A DNA stretch of 64,000 nt, from NCBI GenBank assembly GCA_963664405.1, contig OY761158.1, positions 6,592,001 through 6,656,000 on the forward strand. The letters are read 5' to 3'. Made by a program: the position numbers and the translations under genes. Source of the stretch: Thermoanaerobaculia bacterium (GTDB lineage: Bacteria; Acidobacteriota; Thermoanaerobaculia; Multivoradales; Multivoraceae). The notes under the pieces are model-generated. The model ran no database searches. It was given only the letters and a program-made list of their open reading frames with translations, and was not told the origin of the DNA. Shown here one piece after another: positions 7,791-16,897 of the stretch; the stretch's first letter is position 1; each line of letters opens with the position of its first letter.

Positions 7791-10643
7791 ATGAGCTCGG
7801 TCGAACGTTTCTTCTTGGGCTGGGAGAGCGCCTTTCTGGAGCGCGTGGCGACGTCGCTGCTCGAGGGCTGGGGCCGCGATCAATCGGAGGTGCTCGTTGT
7901 CGTTCCCGGCAGGCGAGCGCGTCGTCGCTTGCTGGCGCTGTGGGTAGAGGAGGCCGGTGCGTCGCGCAGCAGGGAGAGCGAGGCGCTGGTACCGCCGATG
8001 ATCGTGACACCGGGAGCGGTAGCGCCGGCGCTCTGTCGCTCAACGTTGCCGGTGGCGTCCGGGGTTCAGCGACTGTTGGCCTGGGAGAAGGCCTTGGCCG
8101 CCTCGGCTGGCGTCATGGGTGCGCTCTCCTTCGAGAAAACGGCAGCTTTCGCGGCAAGACTGTCCTTTGCCGCCGAGCTCAGCCGTGTGCAGGACGATCT
8201 GGCCGCCGCAGGTCTCTCGCTCGAGGTCGTGGCAGCGCGGCAGCGGTCGCTCTTCGACGGGCCGGAGGAGAAGCGGTGGCGGGCCATTCTCGAGGCAGAG
8301 AAGGTCTACACGCGGCTGCTTTCCGATCAAGGATTGATCGATCCGGGCGTGGCGTCACTAGATGAGGTCGATCGAGGAGGCGTCACAACCGAGGTGATCG
8401 TGCTCTGCGGCGTCGTCGAGCTGGGGGCTCGGTTGCGTTCGATGATCGCCACCAAGTGTACGGAGATCGTGGCCCTGATTCAGGCTCCGTCGGCGTCCGC
8501 GCGACTCTTCGACGAGTGGGGGGGGCTCGAGGTTCAGGCCTGGCGTCGTCGACGGCTACCCGCCTCAGGCCGCCGCGTTCTGATCGAGGAGCAGCCTCGG
8601 GACCAGGCCCGCGCGGTCGCGCAGGTAGCGCTCGAGGCCGAAGGGCGGGGTCGAGTGGCCATCGGAATCGCCGATCGGGGACTGCTGGGCGGCGTGGAGA
8701 GTGCGCTCCGGGCGACAGGACTTCGCTACCACTCCGGGCTCGGGCGCCCTCTCGGCGAGACCTCACCGTGGCGCTTGGTCGAGGCTCTCGGCGCCTACCT
8801 GAAGAGCCGGGACTACAGAGATCTCGCGTTGTTGTTGCGCCACCCCCCGTTCGAGCTGTACATCAGTGCCAAGCTCTCTGAGATCGATGTCGGCCGGGAG
8901 GGGGGCAGCGGCGAGCTCCGTGCGAAGGCTGTAGGCGAGGACTGGCTCAGCGTGCTCGACCTCTATCGAAACGAGACGCTTCAGTCCAGGGTCGGCGTCG
9001 AGTGGCCAGGGGATCCGAGCAAGGCGGCAGTGGTGGCTAGTATCGACAGGGCGATCAGGGAAGGGCTCGGCCTCGATGATCGAGGTCACCGCTCGGCAGA
9101 GCGCCGAGTCCCACAGCGAGACTCACTGGCGAGCTGGATCTCCCGAGTGCGCGGCTTCTTGGCTGAGGTCTACGAGGTCTCGGCATTAGAGGCGCGTACC
9201 GAGGTCTCCCGATCGTCGGTTTTCAGCCTCGGCGAGTTTCTTGGCGAGCTCGAAGAGGCCTGGCGGGGCGGCGATGTGGGCTCGATGAGCTTGGAGGAGT
9301 CGATTGATGTGCTCGTTCACTGCGGGCAAGGGGAGCTCGTGGCCGAGGATGGAAGTGAGGGCGTCGATGTTTTGGGCTGGCTCGAACTGCCCTTTGACAC
9401 CGCTCCCGCTGCGGTGGTTCTGGGGTTGAACGAAGGCTCGATCCCGCAGGCGACGAGCCCGGGGTCGCTTCTCTCGCCGCAGCTGCGACGGGAGCTTGGC
9501 ATGAGTGGGGACGACGAGCGCTTTGCCAGAGATCTCTACATATTGAACGTGCTGGAAGAGAGCCGAGAGCTGACTCTGGTTGCGGGTCGTCGCGGCCTCG
9601 AGTCGGAGCCCTTGGTACCGAGTCGCCTGCTGCTGGCGTGCCCGGATGAGCGGATGGCCGAGGTGGTCTTGTCCTTCTATCAAGGGTCCGGTGAGCGGAG
9701 GGTGGGCGACTCGCCCGGCACTGACGTCGGGAGCCTCCTGTTGGCAGCGCCACGATCCGAGGGGCGGCTCCTGGCGCAGCTCCAGGTCACCGGGTTCAAG
9801 GACTATCTGCAGTGCCCCTATCGCTTCTATTTGAAGCATGTCCTCGGCCTGCGCCAGATAGCCGATACGGCTCGCGAGCTCGACCCCGGGGCTTTCGGGG
9901 CTCTTCTACATCAGATACTTGTCGACTTCGCTGGCTCCTCCGGCGCCGACTCAGAGGACCCGGAGAGGGTGATCGCGACCCTGTCGCAGTTTCTCGACCG
10001 CGCTGTCGAGGCGCAGCTCGGTCGCTCTTCGCTGGTGGCGGTTCGGATCCAAGTCGAGCAGCTTCGACGCCGGCTCGAGACTTTTGCGCGTTGGCACGTG
10101 TCAGAGGTCTCGAAGGGCTGGCGGGTGGTAGCCGAGTACAGCGAGAGGCGCATGGAGGCCGAGCTCGATGTCGATGGGCAGGGAGTCGGCTTGGTGGGGC
10201 GCATCGATCGACTCGACGAACATCCTGAGCACGGCTTCCGTCTGCTCGACTTCAAGAGCGCCGAAAGACCCCGGCGACCCGAAGAGACGCACCGGGAGGG
10301 GCCGCCAGCGGCGCGCCGCTGGCGCGACCTCCAACTTCCTCTCTACGAGCTGATACTGAAGCAGAACGGCATCACCGAGCCGCTCCAGCTCGGCTACGTC
10401 AACCTGAGCCGACAGCTCGGTGGTGACCCTTTGGCGATGGCCGGTTGGAGTGCAGTTCAGCGAGCGGAAGCGGTCGAGGTAGCTCGTGGAGTCGTTCGCT
10501 CGATTCGGCAGGGTCGGTTCTGGCCTCCCTCGGAGCCGCCTCCGTATGACGATGGGCTCGGGGGGCTGGCTGGTGATGGCTTCGAGGAGCGCGAGGCATT
10601 GATCGCCGTTTCGGGCAAGAGGGGCCTCGAGGAGCCGCGGTGA
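7791..10643 (+). CDS. addB: AddB/RexB-like subunit with C-terminal PD-(D/E)XK nuclease
   Basis: CPYRFYLKHVL, FGALLHQIL, GRIDRLD, LLDFKS and DLQLPLY; translationally coupled to a UvrD-family helicase. Confidence 0.82.
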   Translation: MSSVERFFLGWESAFLERVATSLLEGWGRDQSEVLVVVPGRRARRRLLALWVEEAGASRSRESEALVPPMIVTPGAVAPALCRSTLPVASGVQRLLAWEKALAASAGVMGALSFEKTAAFAARLSFAAELSRVQDDLAAAGLSLEVVAARQRSLFDGPEEKRWRAILEAEKVYTRLLSDQGLIDPGVASLDEVDRGGVTTEVIVLCGVVELGARLRSMIATKCTEIVALIQAPSASARLFDEWGGLEVQAWRRRRLPASGRRVLIEEQPRDQARAVAQVALEAEGRGRVAIGIADRGLLGGVESALRATGLRYHSGLGRPLGETSPWRLVEALGAYLKSRDYRDLALLLRHPPFELYISAKLSEIDVGREGGSGELRAKAVGEDWLSVLDLYRNETLQSRVGVEWPGDPSKAAVVASIDRAIREGLGLDDRGHRSAERRVPQRDSLASWISRVRGFLAEVYEVSALEARTEVSRSSVFSLGEFLGELEEAWRGGDVGSMSLEESIDVLVHCGQGELVAEDGSEGVDVLGWLELPFDTAPAAVVLGLNEGSIPQATSPGSLLSPQLRRELGMSGDDERFARDLYILNVLEESRELTLVAGRRGLESEPLVPSRLLLACPDERMAEVVLSFYQGSGERRVGDSPGTDVGSLLLAAPRSEGRLLAQLQVTGFKDYLQCPYRFYLKHVLGLRQIADTARELDPGAFGALLHQILVDFAGSSGADSEDPERVIATLSQFLDRAVEAQLGRSSLVAVRIQVEQLRRRLETFARWHVSEVSKGWRVVAEYSERRMEAELDVDGQGVGLVGRIDRLDEHPEHGFRLLDFKSAERPRRPEETHREGPPAARRWRDLQLPLYELILKQNGITEPLQLGYVNLSRQLGGDPLAMAGWSAVQRAEAVEVARGVVRSIRQGRFWPPSEPPPYDDGLGGLAGDGFEEREALIAVSGKRGLEEPR

Positions 10644-13600
10644 GGAGCCCTCATCAACTGGTGCGGGCCTCCGCAGGCTCCGGTAAGACCCATCGTCTAG
10701 CCCTTCGCTATCTCGAAGTCTTGTTCGCGGGCGCAGACCCCGCCACGATCGTTGCGTCGACCTTTACTCGGGAGGCTTCGGGAGAGATCTTAGGGCGAGT
10801 CTTCACCCGCCTGGCTTTGGCGAGCCGAAGTGAGAGCGAGGCCTCTTCGCTGCGGAAAGACCTGGGCCTGAGTGGTTTGGACCGAGGCAGGGCTCGAGTG
10901 GCGCTTCGTCTTCTGGCGGACTCTCTGCCTCGCCTTTCGGTATCGACGCTGGACAGCCTTCTCTATCGGATTGCGCTCAGCCTGCGCTCAGAGCTGGGTT
11001 TCCTGGTCGCACCGACGATGTCCGCGCTCGATGATCCTCTGGCCAGCGGATTGCGCGAACAGGCGTTGGAGGCGACCCTGGCCGAGCTGGCCGACGCTGG
11101 CTGGGTCGAGCTACTCGATCTCTTTGAGCGATTTCAGGGCGCCGCTGCGGGGCGCTCCGTCGCTCGCGCTCTCGACTCGGCGATTTTGGATCTCTACGAG
11201 ACCTACCGCGAGGCTCCCTACGAGGAGCTTTGGGGGCGCATGGAGCTTCCGGCGGAGCTGCCGCCCTCGGAGCTCGGCGCGGCGAGGCAGAGGCTCGGCG
11301 AAATGCTCCTGGCCAGCGCGCCGGGGGCGCTCAGCCGCACTCTAGAGCGCGATTTGCAGCACGTCGGGGCGGGGAACTGGTCTGCCTTCTTGAGTCGCGG
11401 GCTGGGCGCCAAGGTCGCCGAGGGAGAGACCCGCTATCGGAGACGTGAGATTCCTCCAGCCTGGCGGCAGGAGCTCGAGACTCTGGTGGCGGTCGGCAGC
11501 CGCGAGCTCCTGCAAGGGTCGGTGGCCCGCAGCCGGGCTACCTTTCGTTTTCTGGCTTCCTTCGATCGAAGCTATGCGGCCTTGCGCCGGCATCGCGGCC
11601 TGCTTCTCTTCTCAGATCTCGCTTCGACGCTCCTCGGCTGGTTCGAGATGGCGGGGGAGGAAGGTGTGGAGGAGATCTACTATCGTCTGGACGCCAAGGT
11701 AGGCCACCTTCTCCTCGATGAGTTCCAGGACACGAGTCTCGCGCAGTGGTCTCTGTTGCGGCCGATCGCGGACGAGATTCGGGCCTATGGCGATGGCTCT
11801 CGCACCTTCTTTTGTGTCGGCGATCCTAAGCAGGCGATCTACGGATGGAGAGGGGGCTGCGCGGACCTCTTCGGGCAGGTAGAGGAAGACCTGAGGCTCG
11901 ATCCCGCCGGCACCGAGAGAATGGACACGAGCTTCCGTTCGTCGCAGGTCATTCTCGACACGGTCAATCGAGTCTTCTCTAGATTGGAGTATGTTCGGTC
12001 CCTGGACGAACAGCGTGAGGTTGTCGACTCTTGGGCTGCTGCCTTCTTCGAGCATCGGGCCGAGCGACAGTCGATGCCTGGCTGGGTGGAGATGAAGTGC
12101 TCGGGTGGTGCCGATCCGAGGGTTCATGGAAGCTGGGTCGCTGGCCGTCTGGGTGAGCTCCAGGAGATGCTTGCCGGTGCGTCGATCGCGGCTCTGGTGC
12201 AGACCAACGAGCAGGTGAGCAACCTTCTCGACTGTCTGCGCCGAGCGGGGGTGGCAGCGAGTGGGCTCGGAGGTAGCCCTATTGCGGAGGACCCCGCGGT
12301 GGCGGCGATCCTGGCCGCTCTCCTTTTCTGCGACCACCCGGGGGATACCGTGTCGGCCTATCACTTGCTGGAGTCTCCTCTTGGAAGGAGTGTGGGCCTA
12401 GGCTCGCTGGACTCCGCCTCGAGAGTCGAGGCTTCGAGGGGCATGCGGCGGGAGTGGTGGGAATCGGGAGTGGTAGAGGCAGTGGCAGGGTGGGTGAGAG
12501 CGATCGAAGAGTGTTGCTCTGCGAGGAGCCGGCTGCGACTGTCACAGCTGATGGAGCAGGTCGAGCGCTTCGCTAGAGGCTCTGCCCGCCGCCCCGCCGA
12601 GCTCGCTGCCTTCTTGCGAACAGTCAAGGTCGAGAGCCCCCGCTCGGGAGGCGTGCGAGTGATGACGGTACATCGCGCCAAGGGGCTGGAATTCGATGTC
12701 GTGGCGCTGCCGGAGCTCGATCGCCCGCTGGTTGGCGCCTTGGATAGCGGGGTCTATCTTCAGCGCCTTTCGCCCCTCGCGCCGGTGGAAGCGGTCCATC
12801 GCAGTGTTGGTAGGGTTGTTCGTCGCCTGAGTCCGGAGTTGGAGTCAGCGTACGATGCCGAGCGAGATCGCCGCTTACGCGACGGTCTGAGCGCGCTTTA
12901 CGTTGCTCTTACCAGGGCAAGGCATGGGCTCCTTCTGTGGCCGAGAGCCGATCTGCCTGGGAGGAAGAAAGAAGCCTCGTTCGTGAGCTTCGCTACGATC
13001 CTCGGACAGACTCTCGCTCCCGGCGGCCTCGACAGCGGCTATCAGCCCGAGACAGTCCTTTGGCAGGTAGGGGATCTCGAAGCGGTTCGGCGATCCATCG
13101 CTCCCTCGCCGGAGGCGCCGCAGACCAAAGCCCTCGTGCTCCCGCTACGAGCCGAGACGCAGGTCGAAGGTCGCTCTCTCGAGGGTGTGAGGGTTGTCTC
13201 GGTCGATGAAGAGGTAGAGCCGGAGCGGCGAGGGGCGTTGGATCTCCTTCGGGCTGGACTTGCCGCTCGGCGTAAGTCGAGTCCGGTGCTGCTTTCAGGG
13301 GGGCACGAAGACGCCGAAGAGAGAGCTCTTGCGAAGTCTTGGCTGGGAGCGGATGTCGAGCTCGAGTCGCCCTTCAGGGCGAGACGATTTGCCGTGCTCT
13401 TTGGCGGCAGCGTGGTCGAAGGCAGCTTTCGGAGGCTGTGGGTCCGCCGTGATGGCGGAGAGATAACGAGGGCTCTGGTCGTGGACGATGGAGGGGGCGA
13501 CAGCGTCGAGAGCTCCTCTGTTAGGAAGCGGGTTCGGATCCTCCGTCAGGCAGCGGGCCTCAGCGTCGGTGTGGAACCGTTGGCGGTGGCGGTCCTCCTT

Positions 13601-13648
13601 CTAGTAGGCAACGGAAACGTTGGACGGATTTACCCGCCGGAGCCCTGA
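10640..13648 (+). CDS. addA: AddA/RexA-like UvrD-family SF1A helicase (nuclease domain degenerate)
   Basis: ASAGSGKT, STFT, LLDEFQDTS, VGDPKQAIYGWRG, SFRS, MTVHRAKGLEFD and YVALTRAR. Confidence 0.85.
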   Translation: MRSPHQLVRASAGSGKTHRLALRYLEVLFAGADPATIVASTFTREASGEILGRVFTRLALASRSESEASSLRKDLGLSGLDRGRARVALRLLADSLPRLSVSTLDSLLYRIALSLRSELGFLVAPTMSALDDPLASGLREQALEATLAELADAGWVELLDLFERFQGAAAGRSVARALDSAILDLYETYREAPYEELWGRMELPAELPPSELGAARQRLGEMLLASAPGALSRTLERDLQHVGAGNWSAFLSRGLGAKVAEGETRYRRREIPPAWRQELETLVAVGSRELLQGSVARSRATFRFLASFDRSYAALRRHRGLLLFSDLASTLLGWFEMAGEEGVEEIYYRLDAKVGHLLLDEFQDTSLAQWSLLRPIADEIRAYGDGSRTFFCVGDPKQAIYGWRGGCADLFGQVEEDLRLDPAGTERMDTSFRSSQVILDTVNRVFSRLEYVRSLDEQREVVDSWAAAFFEHRAERQSMPGWVEMKCSGGADPRVHGSWVAGRLGELQEMLAGASIAALVQTNEQVSNLLDCLRRAGVAASGLGGSPIAEDPAVAAILAALLFCDHPGDTVSAYHLLESPLGRSVGLGSLDSASRVEASRGMRREWWESGVVEAVAGWVRAIEECCSARSRLRLSQLMEQVERFARGSARRPAELAAFLRTVKVESPRSGGVRVMTVHRAKGLEFDVVALPELDRPLVGALDSGVYLQRLSPLAPVEAVHRSVGRVVRRLSPELESAYDAERDRRLRDGLSALYVALTRARHGLLLWPRADLPGRKKEASFVSFATILGQTLAPGGLDSGYQPETVLWQVGDLEAVRRSIAPSPEAPQTKALVLPLRAETQVEGRSLEGVRVVSVDEEVEPERRGALDLLRAGLAARRKSSPVLLSGGHEDAEERALAKSWLGADVELESPFRARRFAVLFGGSVVEGSFRRLWVRRDGGEITRALVVDDGGGDSVESSSVRKRVRILRQAAGLSVGVEPLAVAVLLLVGNGNVGRIYPPEP

Positions 13649-13682
13649 TCCGCGAGTGGGGAACAGGGGCTCAGGGCTGGGG

Positions 13683-14861
13683 TCACGACCAAGGGGCGGC
13701 TCCGGTGGGGTCGCGTAGGAGGCGCCTGGCCACCACCATCCGATGGACCTCGTCAGGCCCGTCGTAGATGCGTGCGTAACGGGCCTCACGGTACATAGCT
13801 TCGAGCGGAGTATCGCCTGTCACTCCGAGCGCGCCGTGGACCTGAATCGCGCGGTCGATCACATTGTGCAACATGCGCGCACCCCAGAACTTGATCAGGG
13901 AGATCTGGACTCGAGCTTCGGTCCCGGCGTCGATCGCGCGGGCCGCATCTAGGGTCATCAGTCTCGCTGCCTGGATCTCGGCGGCCGACTCGGCTACATA
14001 GCGTTGGATCTCCCCCTTCTCGGCAAGAAGGGAACCGTGGGCCCAGCGGCTATTGGCGCGGGCACACATGAGCTCGAAGGCTCTTTGGGCCTGTCCCAAC
14101 CACCGCATGCAGTGGAATATCCGCCCTGGACCCAGCCGCTTCTGCGCAATCGTGAATCCCTCCCCCTGGGGCCCGAGAAGATTGGTTCTGGGCACGCGAA
14201 CGTCTCTCAGCCGAATCTCGCAGTGACCTCCTCCGGTGTGTCCCATGGTCGGGATGACCCGAACCAGCTCGTAGCCGGGCGAGTCTGTAGGAACGATAAT
14301 CGAAGAGAACTGGCGGTACTTGTTGTCGTGCTCTGGGTCGGTCTTACAGAAGATGGTGGTGAAGGCTGCTCGGTTGGCGCCGCTGGTGAACCACTTATGG
14401 GCGTTGATCACCCACTCGTCACCGTCGAGGACCGCAGCGGCCTGCATCAGGGTCGGGTCTGAGCCGGCGACCTCAGGCTCAGTCAGTCCGACCGAGGGGT
14501 AGATCTCTCCCGCTACGAGAGGCTTGAGCCAACGCTCTCGCTGTTCGTCACTGGCGTAGAGGTTGAGCATGATCGAGTCCTGCATCGACATCGACCCGAC
14601 CGCGACGGATCCGAAGCGAGATCGCCCGATGATCTCGTTCATGAAGACAAAGGGTATGAAGGGGATCCCCTGTCCGCCGATGTCGGCCGGATGTCCGAGA
14701 GCCCAGAGACCCTGCGACTTGGCCTGGGCTTTGAGCTGGCCCATCAGCTCACCTCTCGGGTCGTCCGTCAACTCTGCCTCGGCAGGAATGACGGCGTCGT
14801 TGATGAAGGTGCGCAGGCGGTCGCGAACTTCGTTCAATTCTGGGGTTAGATCCTGGGGCAC
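13683..14861 (-). CDS. Acyl-CoA dehydrogenase
   Basis: GTG start after GAGGAGG RBS; LTEPEVAGSD, INAHKWFTSG, RLGPGRIFHCMR, IQVHGALG and RIYDGPDEVH. Confidence 0.93.
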   Translation of the reverse strand: MPQDLTPELNEVRDRLRTFINDAVIPAEAELTDDPRGELMGQLKAQAKSQGLWALGHPADIGGQGIPFIPFVFMNEIIGRSRFGSVAVGSMSMQDSIMLNLYASDEQRERWLKPLVAGEIYPSVGLTEPEVAGSDPTLMQAAAVLDGDEWVINAHKWFTSGANRAAFTTIFCKTDPEHDNKYRQFSSIIVPTDSPGYELVRVIPTMGHTGGGHCEIRLRDVRVPRTNLLGPQGEGFTIAQKRLGPGRIFHCMRWLGQAQRAFELMCARANSRWAHGSLLAEKGEIQRYVAESAAEIQAARLMTLDAARAIDAGTEARVQISLIKFWGARMLHNVIDRAIQVHGALGVTGDTPLEAMYREARYARIYDGPDEVHRMVVARRLLRDPTGAAPWS

Positions 14862-14896
14862 GGCTTCCTCCTCGAATCGCGGCCCGGCGGGCCGGC

Positions 14897-15733
14897 TCAG
14901 TGAGTCATCGCGTAGAGAACGATATTGATACCCATCGGGTAGGATTTGGTTGCCGAGAATCTGGCGAAGAATTCTTCGTCTTCTCCTTCTCGCTCCCAGC
15001 CGTCGGCGATATCGGTGTTGTGAGTCATTACCACCATCAGTCGCCCGCGCTCGTCGAAGATACCTCGCACATGGGGCTCTTCCGATTCCCAACCCCGTTC
15101 CGACGTTTCACCCGTCCAGCGCCAATGCTGAATCGAAGGTACCTGAGGGATCTCTCGAATGAGATAGAGGCCGCGGAAGAGCTCGTGCTCGAGCGGGACG
15201 TCCACGATCGGGAACTCGGCAGGCAGCAAAACCTTGCCGATTTGACGACTCCAATGGTTCCATGCCCGCTCTCCCCAGAAGTCGTCGACGTAGAGAAAAC
15301 CACCCGATAGCAGGTAGGTGCGGAGGCTTTCGACCTCGGGCCCACTGAAGCCGACGGTTCCGACGTCAGACATGAAGATGAAGGGACAACCGTAGATCTC
15401 GTCGTCGGTCGGTCGTACGACCACATGATTGGGCTCGCCATCGTCATACTCGTTCACTTCCACCTGGGTCAGCTGCGACAAGCGCACCATGAAATGGATG
15501 TCGGAATCGGGATAGTCGGTGTTCCAACCGTGCCCGAGAGCCTCGGTGCGCACACTGTTGTAGTAGAGGCGGCAGAAAGTAAAGGCGCCAGCGGCGAGAT
15601 CTTCGGCTGCGGCGAATTTGGGTGCTCTGCGGTGCCAGCTCCTACCGCCCCATTGGGCTTCGGCCGAGGGGGCGCACAGCCAGGCGGCGGGCACCAGCAG
15701 CAAGAGTGGGGCGATGCGAGCCTTGAGCTTCAA
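14897..15733 (-). CDS. DUF4159 domain exported protein (start approximate)
   Basis: Signal peptide; FTFCRL.Y, W.TDYP, LRTYLLSGGFLYVDDFWG, NTDIADGWE and MGINIVLYAMTH. Confidence 0.8.
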   Translation of the reverse strand: MKLKARIAPLLLLVPAAWLCAPSAEAQWGGRSWHRRAPKFAAAEDLAAGAFTFCRLYYNSVRTEALGHGWNTDYPDSDIHFMVRLSQLTQVEVNEYDDGEPNHVVVRPTDDEIYGCPFIFMSDVGTVGFSGPEVESLRTYLLSGGFLYVDDFWGERAWNHWSRQIGKVLLPAEFPIVDVPLEHELFRGLYLIREIPQVPSIQHWRWTGETSERGWESEEPHVRGIFDERGRLMVVMTHNTDIADGWEREGEDEEFFARFSATKSYPMGINIVLYAMTH

Positions 15734-15771
15734 TGGGGCGATGCTAACCGGGAGCCGTTGGTAGCGCAAGA

Positions 15772-16893
15772 CTAGCGAGACAGGAGGAAGACGATAAGGG
15801 TGAGAGTCGCCAGAGCGGCGAGGACGAGTGCGAGGATCTTCCAAGGGCTCTTTGGGTATCTGCCGGCGATTCGACCGGTGTAGCCGTTGACGAGCAATTT
15901 GAAGCTGCGGGCGCCGTAGTCGTAGCTCAGGAGCCAGACCGGCACCAGAATGAGCTTGAAGGTCTCGTCGGCGTAGGTCGGGTCGATTACCAGGCGACGA
16001 TGGGTGTCTCCGGGAACTTGGTCGGCGCACAGCCGGCGGAGGTCGTTGTGCATGGCGGCGCGAGATTCTCGCACTGCGTCGATCAGGACGACTTGATAGT
16101 GCTCGACGACGAAGCCAGAGAGGTAGGCGGTATCGTAGGGAACTAGATTCGCGGTTGGAAATGGCTCCACCCCTCCGAGCAGATCTCGATCGACTCCGAC
16201 GGTTGCTGGGACCGGGTGGTCGTCAAAGAAGTGCTCGACCTGTCCCGATGCGTTCCTCCATCGAGTATGACGGACCTGCCGCCGTCGCTGCCGGCCCTGA
16301 GAATCTCGATAGCTCTCGGTGGTGTAATAGTAGGTCCCTGATTCGGCGGTCCATCGGCAATGTGCCTTGGCGTCGAAGGTCCAGTAGGGAAAGTAGGCAC
16401 CGCGGATTCGATCCAGCGCTGCCTTGACGCGCAGGCGCTTAGGCGCCAGCCACTTGGTTCGATACCAGCGACGGAGCCGCTCTCGCACCTGGCTCTCGGA
16501 GATCTTGAAGGGAAGCAGGCTCAGCGGCCGCAACGGAGCGAGAATCTCGTCGTAATCGACCAACGCCGGAGAGCCGCAGAAGTCGCAGCGCTGGCCTACC
16601 CTCTCGGCATCGAAGACGGACACCGCCCGACAGCTGCCGCACCGCACGCTCCTTTTCTCGGCCGCCCAACCTCGGAGCTCCTCGGGAAGCTCGCGTAGAG
16701 TCGTGACCAGATCGATCTCGCAGATCTCGCCAGTGTCGCTGTCGATCTCGTAGGGGGACTCGGTGCCGCAGAAAGGGCATGACAGTCGCTGTCTGGTCGG
16801 GTTCCACTCCGCCTGTGCGCCACATGCGGCACACGGATGCTTGTCGATCGCGTTGGTGGCTGGCGGGGGTGGGGGAGGGGTGGCTCCGGCCAT
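15772..16893 (-). CDS. Multi-zinc-ribbon membrane-anchored protein (YdjG-like)
   Basis: Four CxxC pairs (CAAC, CPFC, CGSC, CDFC), Y.PYWTFD, LVPVW, VNGYTG and a C-terminal TM helix. Confidence 0.78.
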   Translation of the reverse strand: MAGATPPPPPPATNAIDKHPCAACGAQAEWNPTRQRLSCPFCGTESPYEIDSDTGEICEIDLVTTLRELPEELRGWAAEKRSVRCGSCRAVSVFDAERVGQRCDFCGSPALVDYDEILAPLRPLSLLPFKISESQVRERLRRWYRTKWLAPKRLRVKAALDRIRGAYFPYWTFDAKAHCRWTAESGTYYYTTESYRDSQGRQRRRQVRHTRWRNASGQVEHFFDDHPVPATVGVDRDLLGGVEPFPTANLVPYDTAYLSGFVVEHYQVVLIDAVRESRAAMHNDLRRLCADQVPGDTHRRLVIDPTYADETFKLILVPVWLLSYDYGARSFKLLVNGYTGRIAGRYPKSPWKILALVLAALATLTLIVFLLSR

Positions 16894-16897
16894 CCGC

